A DNA stretch of 48,140 nucleotides, taken from assembly GCA_026770705.1 (NCBI GenBank), contig JANJGN010000005.1:196788001-196836140 (forward strand), in the 5' to 3' direction. The translations under genes were made by a program, and so were the position numbers. Positions 1 to 11,745 of this stretch are shown in pieces (the stretch's first letter is position 1; every line of letters starts with the position of its first letter). This DNA is from Isurus oxyrinchus (taxonomy: Eukaryota). Below the pieces are notes generated by a model. The model saw nothing but the letters and a program-made list of their open reading frames with translations, was not told the DNA's origin and made no database searches.

Positions 1-299
1 CTGAAACAGCCTCAATCACTAGGCTAGATTTAAGATTCTGATTAAATAGCTGGTAAATATAATTTCCTGTTTGTTAACTGCAGGAAATTGTTAATCTGAT
101 ATCTGTTTGAGGGCAGGAAATTGGGAGCTTGTTCTGAAAAGAACTAAAGCATTAACAAACCATTTGTCATTCTGTAGAGCATTTAATAGAATACTGCAAA
201 TGTGCTTCATGTTTTTGCCTACTACAATTCTCAATACAAAAACATCTGTTCCTCATCGCCTCAGCCCCTTTCCGCCCTTTTCAACTATTTATCCAATTC

Positions 300-700
300 C
301 CTTTTGAGCGTTGCATTGAATCTGCTTCCACCCCCTTCCCGATCACAACTCACTGTGCAAAAGCAAAAATCTCCTCTTCTCCCTCTCTGCTTCTTTTGCT
401 AATTCCCTTAAATCTGTGTCCCCTGGTTATCGACCTTTTTATCACTGGAAACAGTTTCTCCTTATTTCCTTTCTCAAAACTCTCTGCTAAACCTCCCCCT
501 AACCTGCTGCTCTAACGGGAACAGACTCACTTTCTGCTGTCTCTCTGCATAATTGAAATCTCTCATCCCCGGTAACAATAAACCTTTTCTTCACCCTCTC
601 CAGAGTCTTGTCTACTACCTAAATGTTGATGTCCAAAATTAAACACAACACTCCAGCTGGGGCCAACGGATGATTTTTTTTTTAATGTTTAAGGTAGCTT
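300..700 (-). mobile_element. Decayed CR1 LINE 3' fragment
   Basis: Reverse-complement similarity to the CR1 ORF2 3' ends elsewhere in the window. Confidence 0.5.
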
Positions 701-789
701 TTGCAATCTGTGTCTATTTGTAAAGGGTACACAACCCACAAGCCTCACTGTAACACTCGAACATCAAGCCCTGTGCTCTCTCCGGTGCG

Positions 790-870
790 GTTCCAGGCAA
801 TGAGCGTGTGGCCCAGTAAATAAATAACCACATTTTCCGTGACAATTGTCACAGTTAAAACGTCAACTGC
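790..870. promoter_or_regulatory. Candidate 3' TCR gamma enhancer core (RUNX + MYB + STAT5-like sites)
   Basis: AACCACA 826-832, CAGTTA 852-857, CAACTG 864-869, TTCCAGGCA 791-799, in non-repetitive CpG-retaining DNA about 3.4 kb 3' of the poly(A) site. Motif inference only. Confidence 0.35.
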
Positions 871-2364
871 CGGATTTAGTCGCGGGATGTCTCGGCATTA
901 AAGAAGCTTCTTCATTCGATCCATCATTAAAGACTCAGCCGGCCAGCATCGACCTGACTACACATCGCAGCACAAAACTCATCTATTCTGTCATTTTGAG
1001 GGATTTTTCCTCCTGGTGAAATGGTTTCACAGATTAAAGGAAATATTTCACTTTGAGCGCGTTAATAAATCCGATCGATTCTGTTTAAACTTCGATTAAT
1101 CAAAACAAAAGTATCTTTAGAGAAAGGGAAATGGGAAATGTTATTGAATAGACCATAAGGGAGGGCTAACCCGCTAACTCGCCCTCACTCTCTCCACAAT
1201 TTCCAGGAGCCCGGTTTTTCTTTAGATTTTGGGGGATTTGCATTTTTTAATGTGATCGAACGTGTCACAAAAATGAAGTTTATAAATTTACCTCCCGGAG
1301 TAGCCCAGCGGCTGATTAAAAAGCAAAATGCGTTTCCTGTGCAGGATCTGGGCACCTGTCAACGCTCTCGGGTCTTTGGGAACTTGTGACTCTCACAATG
1401 TGGAAGGAGGAGGCTGGTTCGTGCTGGAGTTTTGTGGGGAAGGGGTTGGAGTTTTGTCTTTCCGCTAATCGCTCCTTCAATTCGGTCCCTGAGCCGCACG
1501 GGAGGGGCTGCGGCAGATGCTGGACACCAGTGCGCGCTTCCTGGCCCCATTCGGACACTCGTCAATTTTGGAAGTCTATTTTTTTTTAAAGAATTATCCC
1601 AAGGCGCCGCTGGACTAACGCGTGATTTTGGTAGTTCGAAGGTCAGTGAGGTTTGACACGTTGGCTCTGAGTTTGGGCATCACAGACACTTCTGTCCATT
1701 GGCAACGGGAACAAAGCTGGTGTCGGTGGCGAGTAATATTGGTGGGCAACGTCAATCCGGCGTTACGCCCGAACTGACGTTAAAATCCCGGACAGTACGG
1801 GGCTCGGAGTCAAGTGAAATCATCAGGAGAACCAGAGAAACATTAGTGGCGACTTGTTCTGTACCGAGAGCGAACCGGCTCCTTGTGTTAAAGAACCAAC
1901 TTAATCTTCCCTCCAAACATTTCATGTAGAATCTTAGGTCATAAAAGAATGCCAAAAAAATATATATATATATATAAAATCAAACTCCAGCAGGTCGAGC
2001 CTGCGGCCGCACGTGCGAAAATCAAACTCTGCCGAAACTATTCAGAACGAAATGAAAACATTAACTTGAATCTAGTTGTTAATGTGCACATGGGGTATGG
2101 GGACCGAGTGTAAATTAGAATTCAAGAGAAATTTAACCGAGTTTTATTTCAGATCCTTCGTTCCGGTTTAACGCTCAATGTATCCTTTAAACCATGAAAT
2201 CTAATTCTAACATGGCCCCAACCAGACTCGGTTTCAAAGGTTTCGTAAAAGCGTCTCTTCCCAGTGTATTCTGGATCAACACAGTGCCCGAAAGTGAACA
2301 ACTTTAAAAATATAGAAAAAAAAATGGAAGGTAGAAAGACCGAATAAATGACCCAATATTTATG

Positions 2365-2470
2365 GAGCAAAAACAGAAAATGCTGGAAAAACTCAGCAGG
2401 TCACACAGTATCTGTGGAGGGAGAGAAACCGAGTTAACGTTTCGAGCCCTATTATGACTTATTCAAACCT
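2365..2470 (-). mobile_element. Short Penelope-derived fragment with decayed hammerhead-like motif
   Basis: GCTGGAAAAACTCAGCAGGTC...GTTAACGTTTCGAG is shared with the Penelope repeat ends at 42420 and 45740. Confidence 0.65.
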
Positions 2471-3300
2471 TTATGGAGGGTTTCCAAATAATTCTGAGGA
2501 AAGTCTGTGTGTAGTTTTGTAAATGAAGTTGGTAACAGTTGGTATTTAAATGCACAATAACAAAAAGTCGGTGAATTATGGAAATGAATCAACGGCAGAA
2601 CACTGGCCAGTCACAATCCTCTTCACCCTGCTGAGCTTTTCTCTATGAATATCTCATTCCCTTTTCTTTAAACGAACATTTGCCGCAAAATCTCCCGTGA
2701 ATTTTGACAAATGCCCATTGACAAAGATCCCAGTTGAAATCCTGGGTTCAGGGTGAACAAGAAATCCCGTCACTGCGGGCGGGAGTTTAAACCCACCACC
2801 ACCCACCCCACCTCCCCACCCCCCTCACACACAAACCCACTACCAAGAACCATTAACCTGCCCGGCGCATTCAAACTTTCAAATTACTGCAGCTAAATCC
2901 CAATTAAACGGAAGGCTGTGAAAATTAACTCACTTGTTTGAAGACTGTCTTTTATTAAAACAGTAAATTGATGTTAGGATTGAAATAATCAGCAAACGGA
3001 GCTAAGAAACTCCCCGCTCAACAGGACAAAGGAACATTTTCGAAAAGATGGTGTGTAATTCTCCAGTCCCGGTCCCAGGAAAATTCAGGCTCACGGGCGG
3101 TGTCTGCCTCACAGATTCGCGGAGGGAGAGGCGGAAGGAGGGAGGGAGGGACGGAGGGAGCCGGAATAAATTCTTCCACTCGCCGATGCTCAACGTCTCT
3201 GTTGACAGTGATGCTTGGAGTTTGTCATAATGTTCCCGATAGTTGACAAGGAGAATGAGTTTACAGAAGCAACACCAGTTACTGAGTCGGACACTGGGTT

Positions 3301-3926
3301 CAGCACTGAGGGAGTGCCGCACTGTCAGAGGGTCAGTACTGAGGGAGTGCTGCACTGTCAGAGGGTCAGTACTGAGGAAGCGCTGCACTGTCAGAGGGTC
3401 AGTACTGAGGGAGTGCCACACTGTCAGAGGGTCAGTATTGAGGGAGTGCCACACTGTCAGAGGGTCAGTACTGAGGGTGTGCTGCTCTGTCAGAGGGTCA
3501 GTACTGAGGGAGTGCCACACTGTCAGAGGGTCAGTATTGAGGGAGTGCCACACTGTCAGAGGGTCAGTATTGAGGGAGTGCCACACTGTCAGAGGGTCAG
3601 TACTGAGGGAGTGCTGCTCTGTCAGAGGGTCAGTACTGAGGGAGTGCCACACTGTCAGAAGTTCAGTACTGAGGGAGTGCTGCACTGTCAGAGGGTCAGT
3701 ACTGAGGGAGTGCTGCTCTGTCAGAGGGTCAGTACTGAGGGAGTGCCACACTGTCAGAGGGTCAGTACTGAGGGAGTGCCCACTGTGGGAGGGTCAGTAC
3801 TGAGGGAGCGCTGCACTGTCAGAGGGTCAGTATTGAGGGAGTGCCACACTGTCAGAGGGTCAGTACTGAGGGAGTGCTGCACTGTCAGAGGGTCAGTACT
3901 GAGGGAGTGCTGCACTGTCAGACGGT
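3301..3926. repeat. 33-bp minisatellite (CAGTACTGAGGGAGTGCCACACTGTCAGAGGGT), about 19 copies
   Basis: Directly visible; explains the repetitive ORFs 3002-3931. Confidence 0.97.
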
Positions 3927-4283
3927 CATGAACTACGTAGGTTTTTACAACAATCCCAAAGCTTCATGGTCATTTTTATTGATTTTATCGCCAATTATTT
4001 TAAACTCCCTGGATTATTTGTCCAGGTCTCGTGTCAGTGACATAAGGGCTACACTCCAGTTTCTATATCAGATAGATTTCCTGCTGTGATTGTTACAAGG
4101 TCAGGTTGTAATGGTTTGAGTTGAGTCCTCACAGGGAGCGAGCTGAAGCTATTTGCCATTTGTCTTTGGCATTTCTGTTGTGCTTTTTAAGCCGCGGTCT
4201 TTATAGGACATTCATAAATAACTCGGCGATCACTGTCTCGCTGAGAGTAAAGCAGAAAAACATCAAATAAGTTTGAAAGATGT

Positions 4284-4289
4284 TTTATT
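4284..4289 (-). terminator. Polyadenylation signal of TRGC
   Basis: AATAAA about 340 nt after the stop, followed by a T/GT-rich tract on the minus strand. Confidence 0.75.
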
Positions 4290-4625
4290 ATTGTCAAATT
4301 TGCAGAATTTATAACGTAAAGTTACAAGAGAATTATAACAATTTAATTGTAGCAAATTATTCAAAAAAGGCAGCATTGGATTGGACAGTAACAAACACTT
4401 AAAAATCAACTAAGGCTACAGAAACAACACATTACTTTGATGAACACAGAGTTAATTATCTGAAGACAGTCTGATCATTATCCACACACGAACCCGAAAA
4501 TAAACCCCTCTCCTGACAGTTGTAAACTGTTCCTAAACTGACAACATTGAGTATAATCTCTGGGTAGAAACAGGCAAAGGGAGCCAAATAGATCAAAATC
4601 TTAAAACAGGGCTCAATGGTACCGG

Positions 4626-4768
4626 TTAAAGTGGCTTCTTGGTGTCACGGTACTCCACCCTGTAAAGGACGAAGGAGATGATCCCGCAGTAAACCACGCT
4701 CTTCATTAACAGCAGTGTGTATGTAAAGGTAGCTACCTGCAGTGAATTCAAAGGCGGTCCCGAGGGCA
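4626..4768 (-). CDS. TRGC: TCR gamma constant exon 3, TM + cytoplasmic tail (VPSGPPLNSLQVATFTYTLLLMKSVVYCGIISFVLYRVEYRDTKKPL*)
   Basis: TM with the conserved Y-x-LLL-x-KSVVY motif (intramembrane Lys), matching TRGC. Stop TAA at 4628-4626 in the same exon as the 3' UTR. Confidence 0.95.
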
Positions 4769-5324
4769 CTGAGGAAACAAAAAAGATACAAGCTGCTAGT
4801 TCATTGCATTTGGGCTACTAAACATTGAGAATGTGCTGAATGGGAAAGTGAAGTGGGAAAAGCCAATAACGCGCAATGCGGCGAGTAAACAATGCTGGTG
4901 CAAAGCCCGGAATCTGGGAGAGTTCATAAAGTGTCTGTAGTAATTATGTTAACAATCCACTATCTAATTCTGTTCAGCACCGGCTTGTCAGTAAACCCTT
5001 GATTTAAATCGAACTATCAGTTTATAATTGCTACTAAATCCCGGGGACTACTTCCGGTGGCTTTAGGATTCCGGAATAAATTGTCCTTTTCAGTTTTTTT
5101 TCTAGTTCACTTCAATCCAGGGAATAAATTCAGACATAAAGGAATAAGATATTGGATTGTACAGCAGGCGATTCTCACCCCTAAAGAGGAAGAGCGTTTT
5201 ATATTGAGATGCAGCCTGAACACTAACCGTCTTTTCTCGGCAAAGTTGCCATAGATAGGAGCATTGTTAATTCTCGCCCATTCCGATCTCCCGCAAGATG
5301 ATGCTGGGGTTTCTTGGTATTTAC

Positions 5325-7050
5325 AGATTATTTACAGCTCAGAAACAGACCATTCGACCCAACTACTCCATGGCGGTGTTTAGGCTCCACACCTCTCTTC
5401 ATCTCACCATCAATATGAGCTTCTATTCCCTTCACCCTCATTCACTTATCTAGATTTCCCCTTCACGGTACCAATGCTACTCATCACCACTACTCCTCGT
5501 GGTGATGAATTTCATATTCTAACCACCCTGTTGATAAAGACATTTCACCTGAATTCCCTAATAGATTTATTAGTGACTATCTTATATTATGTTCTCAGCA
5601 AGTGGAAACATCCCTACGTCTACCGTATCAAATCTTTTCAACGTCTTAAAGGTCTCTATTAGATTACCCCTCAACCCTTTTCTTTCCTAGAGAAAAAGAT
5701 CTCCAGCCTGTTCAATCTTCCCTGATAGGTATAACCTCTCAATTCTGATCTCCTATTAATTCAGTCCCTCCACATTTTTTTAATAAAGTGGAGACCAGGA
5801 CTATGCACAAGTAGTCCGTGTGGTCTAACCAAGTTTCAATACAAGTTTACCAAAACTTCTCTCCTGTTCGATTATATCCCTCCGTAAAGAAGATTAGTGC
5901 TTTGCTTTCTTATGGTTCTATTAACCCACATTTCTACATTTAGTGACTTGTATATCTGTAGCCTCTGATCACTACATTCCTTTACCCCACTTCCACAAAT
6001 ATGTTACGAGGTGGTCTTTGTGGTCTTTGTAACCTTCCTATTAAAATGTACAATTTCACACTTATCTATATGAAAGTTTATTTTCCAAATACATGCTCAT
6101 TCTGCGAGTTTAATGGCGTCTTCCTGTAACTTATCACAGTTCTCCTCTATATTAACTACATGATCTCCCCACTGCTCTCCACCCACTCCTCTGCCCTGCT
6201 ACCTTCAGGGATCTGTGGATATGCACACCAATGTCTCTCTGATCTTCAACAACTTTCCAGGGTCCTACCGTTCATAGTATAATCCCTTGCCTTGTTAGCC
6301 CTCCCCAAGTGCATTACCTCATACTTCTCCGGGTTGAATTCCACTTGCCAATGCTCTGTCCACCTTTGATATCCTCCTGCAGTTTACAGCAATCCTCCTC
6401 ACCATTTACCACCCTAACAATTTTCGTGTCATCTGCGAGCTTTTGGATCATACTCCCCACCCCCCACCCCCCCCCCCCCCCCCCCCCCCCTATATTTAAA
6501 CCCAAATAATTTATGTACACCACAAACAGCAAGAGCCCCAGCACTGAGCCCTGCGGAACCCCACTGGAAACAGGCTTCCAGTCACAGAAACATCCCTCTA
6601 CCATCACCCTCTGCTTCCTGTCTCTCAGCCAATTTTGAATCAAACGTGCCACTTTGCCTTAGATCCCATGGGCTCTTACTTTTTTAACCAGTCTGTCATG
6701 AGGGACCTTTTCAAAAGCCTTGCTAAAGCCCACGTAGACCACATCAAATGCACTACCCTCACCAACACTCCTGGTTACCTCCTGAAAAAATTCAATCAAC
6801 TGTGTCAAACACGTCCTCCGTATAGCAAATCCACGCTGACTATCCCTGATTAATCCGTGTCTCTCCAAGTGCAGATATATTCTGTCCCTCAGAATTCTTT
6901 CTAGTAACTTCCCCACCACCGAGGTTAGACTGATTGGGCCTGTAATTTCCTGGTCTAATCCTTCCTCCCTTTCTTAATAACGGGACAACATTAGCAGTCC
7001 TCTGGCACCTCTTCTGTGGCCAGAGAGGGTTTGGAAATTACTGCCAGTTG
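5325..7050 (-). mobile_element. CR1 LINE remnants (RT region and 3' end) in TRGC intron 2
   Basis: ORFs 6314-6919 carry VSSGVPQGSVLG, ADDTK and FSKAF RT motifs, with stops and deletions. Confidence 0.9.
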
Positions 7051-7291
7051 GATTGAGCTGGGATTGGCATGGGCGAGACGCCGGGTAAAGGCTGCATTTC
7101 GCCAAAGGGCGTTGCTGGGCCAGTTGAGTTTTTTCTAATAATGCGGCAGTTTCCCCTGCACATTTTTCTGCTGTCGATCAGATTTACTGAATCAAGATTC
7201 CGGATTGCTCCCTGGGTTTAATTGTTTCAACGGTGGAACCTGCCCCAGGCCTGTGGAGACGCTGCATGAATTGTTCTCATTGAGAAATTAC

Positions 7292-7360
7292 CTTCAGACG
7301 CGCTCTCTGCTGCTTCCGAAACAGGGGGCGGACACGTGGGAGCTGAAGGTTTTTTCATAT
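7292..7360 (-). CDS. TRGC: TCR gamma constant exon 2, connecting peptide (NMKKPSAPTCPPPVSEAAESASE) with the interchain Cys
   Basis: 69-nt phase 1/1 exon, strong polypyrimidine acceptor, donor GTAATT, single Cys. Confidence 0.87.
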
Positions 7361-8513
7361 CTACACAAGAGGAAAGAAAGACAGAAGCATAGATTAGAAA
7401 CAATCCGAAAATTCAGCGATGTTGTGGCTGGTGAGAGGGAATAAGAACATAAACCAGGTGTCCATGTGGAGTAAGGCAGTCTGTCCATTTGGACAGTGCC
7501 TTCAGTAAGTGAAGGATGTGCGCGGGTGCTCGGAATCTCATCAGCAGAGAGCTCTGCTCTATAAGGAGTTTAAAGCGTACGAAGATAATGATTTTCTGCA
7601 GTTAAACCACTGGCTGTAACACATTCTGTATTCTCACAGTAAACGTTTCCGTTCTCAGCCCCATCAGGATTTCAGCACAGAATGTACCGAGTACCTAGAG
7701 TTTAACAGAGATCGGGTTGCCCCAGTTTACTCTCCGCATCTTGACATGTTTGATGCCCAAACTCCATTTCACTGAGAGAAAAGCAGGAAAGCGCTTTCCC
7801 CTTCCCGTGTTGCACTAGGAACCCTTCCCAGTTTGCGCCGTTTGGAGTTGCAGCGGATCTTCCGCCGAGTTTACGCAGACCACCGGGAAACGCCGTGGAA
7901 ATTCCAATTTTCCGCTTTAGTGAAAGTTTATCAAGTTTTTAAATTCTAGAACTGGTAGTTTTAGTCTCAAGTATGAGAGTATCTGTCGGGTGATGCTGCC
8001 TGAGTGCGGGATTTGAACAAGAGTCACATTTACAACATAAATACTGAGGTGAATAAACGTTTTGACGTCTGATGCCATTACTTGTCCTAAATATTTCTAT
8101 TTAATATTTCTATTAAACGGCTTTAGATACAGAACGTGTTCCTAGTTCCGTAAATAAAAAAAAACTGAATAAAGAATGGTATGATTCCGCTGGGACTCTG
8201 CAATTGGATCTGTGGAGGGCACGAAACTCCGGGTGAGTTAGATAACCGAGTGAGAAAGCGGATCTAGGGGACAGGAGCGAGAAGACTTTAACCGATTGAA
8301 CCTCTTCTATATCAGATAGTTATAATAGACTTCATCATTACACATCCTGCTGATGTAGGCGGCTATTGACCGACTGCTGCTTTTCAACTAAGGCTCTTGT
8401 TAAGAGCAATGGAAATGTTTTGAACGGGTCCAAGTCTAAGAACACACATTGATGGGAAAGCTGACTGATACTGAATGAGGTTGTTCCTAAACTCAGGGTT
8501 AATAGTTCATGGG

Positions 8514-8596
8514 AGGTGGTGGGTGGGGGTCGGGGGTCGGGGGTGGTGGTGGTGGTGGGGGGGGGGGGGGGGGGGGGGGGGGCGGGGTGGGGGGTT
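8514..8596. repeat. G-rich tract / poly-G in TRGC intron 1
   Basis: Directly visible. Confidence 0.9.
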
Positions 8597-8655
8597 GGTT
8601 GTTGATGGGAATCTGCTTTAACCAGAGGAGCCGATGGGAGTTATTGAGCACGTAC

Positions 8656-8979
8656 TGGTTTTATAGTCTTTGTTGATCATTGCAGTCTCTGAGCCTCCTT
8701 CATGGTCCGCTCTGCAGTTGATATTCTTGCTTTCCCATTGGAGCTTGGTGACTTCCAGGCGGCTGATCACCGAGTAAGCATCGTTCCCCTGTTTCACCAC
8801 TGGGTCTGTGAGCACTCTTTCCTCTCTAGCTTTCCCCTCACCATCGATTGTCCACTCAACTCTGATGACATCGGGGAAGAATCCAGTCAGGAGACAGACC
8901 ACCAAGGCTTTATTCTTATCCTTCAATTCGATGGAATTGGGTGGGAAAAGGCGAATTGTTGGTTTCACAGCAGGTTTGT
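8656..8979 (-). CDS. TRGC: TCR gamma constant exon 1, Ig C1 domain (DKPAVKPTIRLFPP...LVVCLLTGFFPDVIRVEW...YSVISRL...NCRADHE...YKT)
   Basis: C1-set motifs (CLxxxFFPD, W, CxxxH), 324 nt, AG acceptor at 8981-8980, donor GTACGT, phase 1/1. Confidence 0.95.
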
Positions 8980-9184
8980 CTGATTTCAAAAAAAAAACAA
9001 AAGAGATTTCTATAAACCTTTCCGCTAAAGACAGGTTTAATTTACAACAACACACAGCTGGCCACAGATTTGCCAGAAGAGAAATACTTGCTCGATCTCT
9101 GTGACTTCTTGCAACCCGAGACGTATTTTTGGAATTTAGTTGGGATTTCCGATGTTTGTTAAAGTTCAAAGCAACCGGGATCCA

Positions 9185-9450
9185 GGAGAGGAGAAGTGGG
9201 GGGGTTGGGGGGGGGGGGGCAAGTACGGGAGAGGGAGTGGATAAGAAGAGAGGGGAAGGTAAGGAAAGGAGGAGGGGAGAGGGGAGAAAAGGAGAGAAAG
9301 GAGAGGTGAGAAGATGGGAAAGGAGGGGAGGGTGGGAGAGGAGGTGAGAGAGGAAGAAAGGGAAAGGAGAGGAGAAGATGAAGAGACGGCGGAAAAAGAG
9401 GCGAGGGGGGAAGGAGGGAAAGGGGAGTATGGAAGAGGAGAGGGGAGGGG
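9185..9450. repeat. Polypurine GA-rich low-complexity tract
   Basis: Directly visible. Confidence 0.9.
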
Positions 9451-9564
9451 ACTTTGATGGGAAAGGTGAACAGTTTGTGGCGGTTCATGCGATCAGTTTA
9501 CATTGAACTGGGGTCAGACTCCAGATCTCTTCACTCACAAATGAACATGTTCTGAGGCATTTCA

Positions 9565-10120
9565 GTCACGTGGAGAAACTGGGGAAATTGGGGTTATTTT
9601 CCTTGGAGCAGAGAGGTTTACAGGGAGATTTAATGAAGGTGTTCAAAATTAGGAGGGTATTGATAGAGTAAATAAGAAAAGCCCGCACAGTAAACAGGGA
9701 GGCCAATAATACCAGAGTTCAGGGAGATGTGGAGTGACTGGGGAAATGGCAGATACATGCACACAGTGAAGTGTGGAGTGACTGTTATTTGTAGGAAGAA
9801 TGAGCGAGGAAATGGTCCAATTTTAAATTATGAAGGGTTTTGAGAGTCAATGAGGGGGTTAAATGGTGTCGAAGGACAGATAACCAGGTGCAGGGACCAC
9901 AAGTGGGTTTAAAAGTTACACAGCAAGTTGTCCTGATCTGTAAACACTGCTTGAAAGAAAGGGAGGAACTGATTCACTGAATGTGTATTTATAAAGGAGG
10001 AAATTGCAAAGCTATGTGGAAAGAGCAGAGAGTGGGACTAATTGGATAGCTCTTTCAAAGACGGAGCACAGACCCGATGGGCCGAATGATCTTCTGCCTT
10101 GCTGCATCATTCTAAGATTC
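9565..10120 (+). mobile_element. Decayed CR1 3' fragments
   Basis: LGLFSLEQRRL-like stretch and the ATGGGCCGAATG...ATTCT 3' tail. Confidence 0.7.
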
Positions 10121-10332
10121 TCCATAACTCTCTCAGAGTTTTGTTTCTCTGTCTGCTCTCTTTCTAAGACAGTAATGTCAGTAATACCAAGTAACCCTGT
10201 TCTCCTTGTTAGGGACTAGCTAATTTATCTGAAACGGGCGATGCTTTAATTCAAGGAGAATGCTCATGAATAATCCGTAACTGTAAAAATCTACTCGCTC
10301 AAGTAATGGGAACGAACCTGAATTAAATCTCT

Positions 10333-10516
10333 AAGATAAAAGCAAAATCCTGCGGATGCTGGAAATCTGAAAAAAGAAACAAGAAAACGCGGGAAAAACT
10401 CACCTGCGGAGAGAGAGAAACAGAATGAACGTTTCGAGTCCTCAGACTCAGACACACTCCCAACGTTAACTCTCTCTCCGCAGGTGAGTTTTTCCAGCGT
10501 TTTCTGTTTTTATTTC
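10333..10516. repeat. Penelope-derived inverted repeat (36-bp arms) in the J-C intron
   Basis: 10382-10417 is the reverse complement of 10470-10505 with one mismatch. Confidence 0.85.
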
Positions 10517-11182
10517 GGAACTAGGTCTCGATTTCCTTGTGTGGATGGTTGTGCAGTCGCTGCCGGTCGGGTGTTCGGGTCCCGCCGCCTCTCTGGGGGG
10601 TGGGGGAGCGGGGTGCAGCCGAACAGCACAGACTCCCCTCCCGCGGGCCTCCCACATCAACTAGCCCGACGTTTCAGCCAGTGAATAACTCCTAAACCAC
10701 AGAGTTAGCAAATTCCAAACTGCCTGGCCCTTTCGCTCTTGTTCTCAATGTTGTTCCAGAATAGCACCAATGGAATGTCGAGAGTTTGTAAGGAGAGTAA
10801 CATCACGAATTCACGCTGCTCCCTTATTCCTATTGTCCCAGAATCGTGACTGTTTCTGTGTGGAATCCGGACTCCAAACTGGTTCCCTCGGCTTCCGCTA
10901 AAACTCCCCGGATTCTGCACTTGCTATTCCCAAGGCCCGGCTGTTCCTCACGCTGCACAGGACAGAATGCAAACATCACCCCCCCCCCCCCCCCCCCCCA
11001 CTCCCCCACAACCACCCCCCCCCCCCCACCCCCCCACCCCCGTGTTAAGCGCTGGATCTGGAGAGTCATTGGCCATCAGCAGCTTAACCTCAACGCCGAA
11101 AGCAGAATCTGCTGATCGGTTTGGAAAACGGGCCAGGCCGCTGGGGAGACTAGACTTGGCTCAGATAAAGATTCAGACTCAC

Positions 11183-11230
11183 CTGTTACAATGAGTTTGG
11201 TCCCAGAGCCGAATTGTACACCTCTATAGC
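11183..11230 (-). CDS. TRGJ: TCR gamma J segment 4 (YRGVQFGSGTKLIVT), intact
   Basis: FGSG in frame with the donor G|GTGAG. Confidence 0.95.
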
Positions 11231-11258
11231 CACGGTGATACACGACTGTTCAAAATCT
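11231..11258 (+). other. 12-bp-spacer RSS of J4 (weak nonamer)
   Basis: CACGGTG 11231-11237, 12 nt, TCAAAATCT 11250-11258. Confidence 0.85.
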
Positions 11259-11745
11259 TCACTGGAAGCAGCGGTGAGTCTTACTGCCAGCATTAATTAT
11301 TACTATCACTATTAACTATTATTATTAATTATCACTATTAACTATTACCGCCTCTGTGAACTGTCTCTGTCTCTATAAACTGTCACCATCTTTATTGGTA
11401 TTTATACTTCTATGAATTATGAGGGTTTCTCCTGATTATCTAACTGACTTTTAAATGTTTTCCCTCAATAAACATCACAGATGTCTCAGAGTTACTGTAA
11501 TAATCGGGAAGTTTTTGCCAGAACCAGATTAGACCGGTACTTGTGTACACCCTTCACCCTGAGCCGCGGTATGTCTGACATCAACCTTGGTAAAAACCAT
11601 TCCGATCACAAAGCATGAAAATATCTGCCGGTGTGAGGTCCGGGATGATGCACTGAATGAATCAATAACTGCAGCAAACTTCCCAGTGCAGAACGACTTT
11701 TCATGTAAAGTGCTCTTTACCCCTCCTTAACCGTTATTAACTCAC

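Noticed and set aside
1316-1955. Short overlapping ORFs in CpG-rich DNA as a neighbouring gene (e.g. STARD3NL)
   Set aside because: No recognisable protein similarity or consistent exon structure.
3002-3931. Repetitive ORFs and CRISPR-like appearance
   Set aside because: Head-to-tail tandem repeat with no unique spacers, in eukaryotic DNA.
10865-10945. Possible fifth J segment (…EGTSLES, CACTTGC heptamer-like)
   Set aside because: No FGxG, no nonamer at 12 bp and no splice donor.
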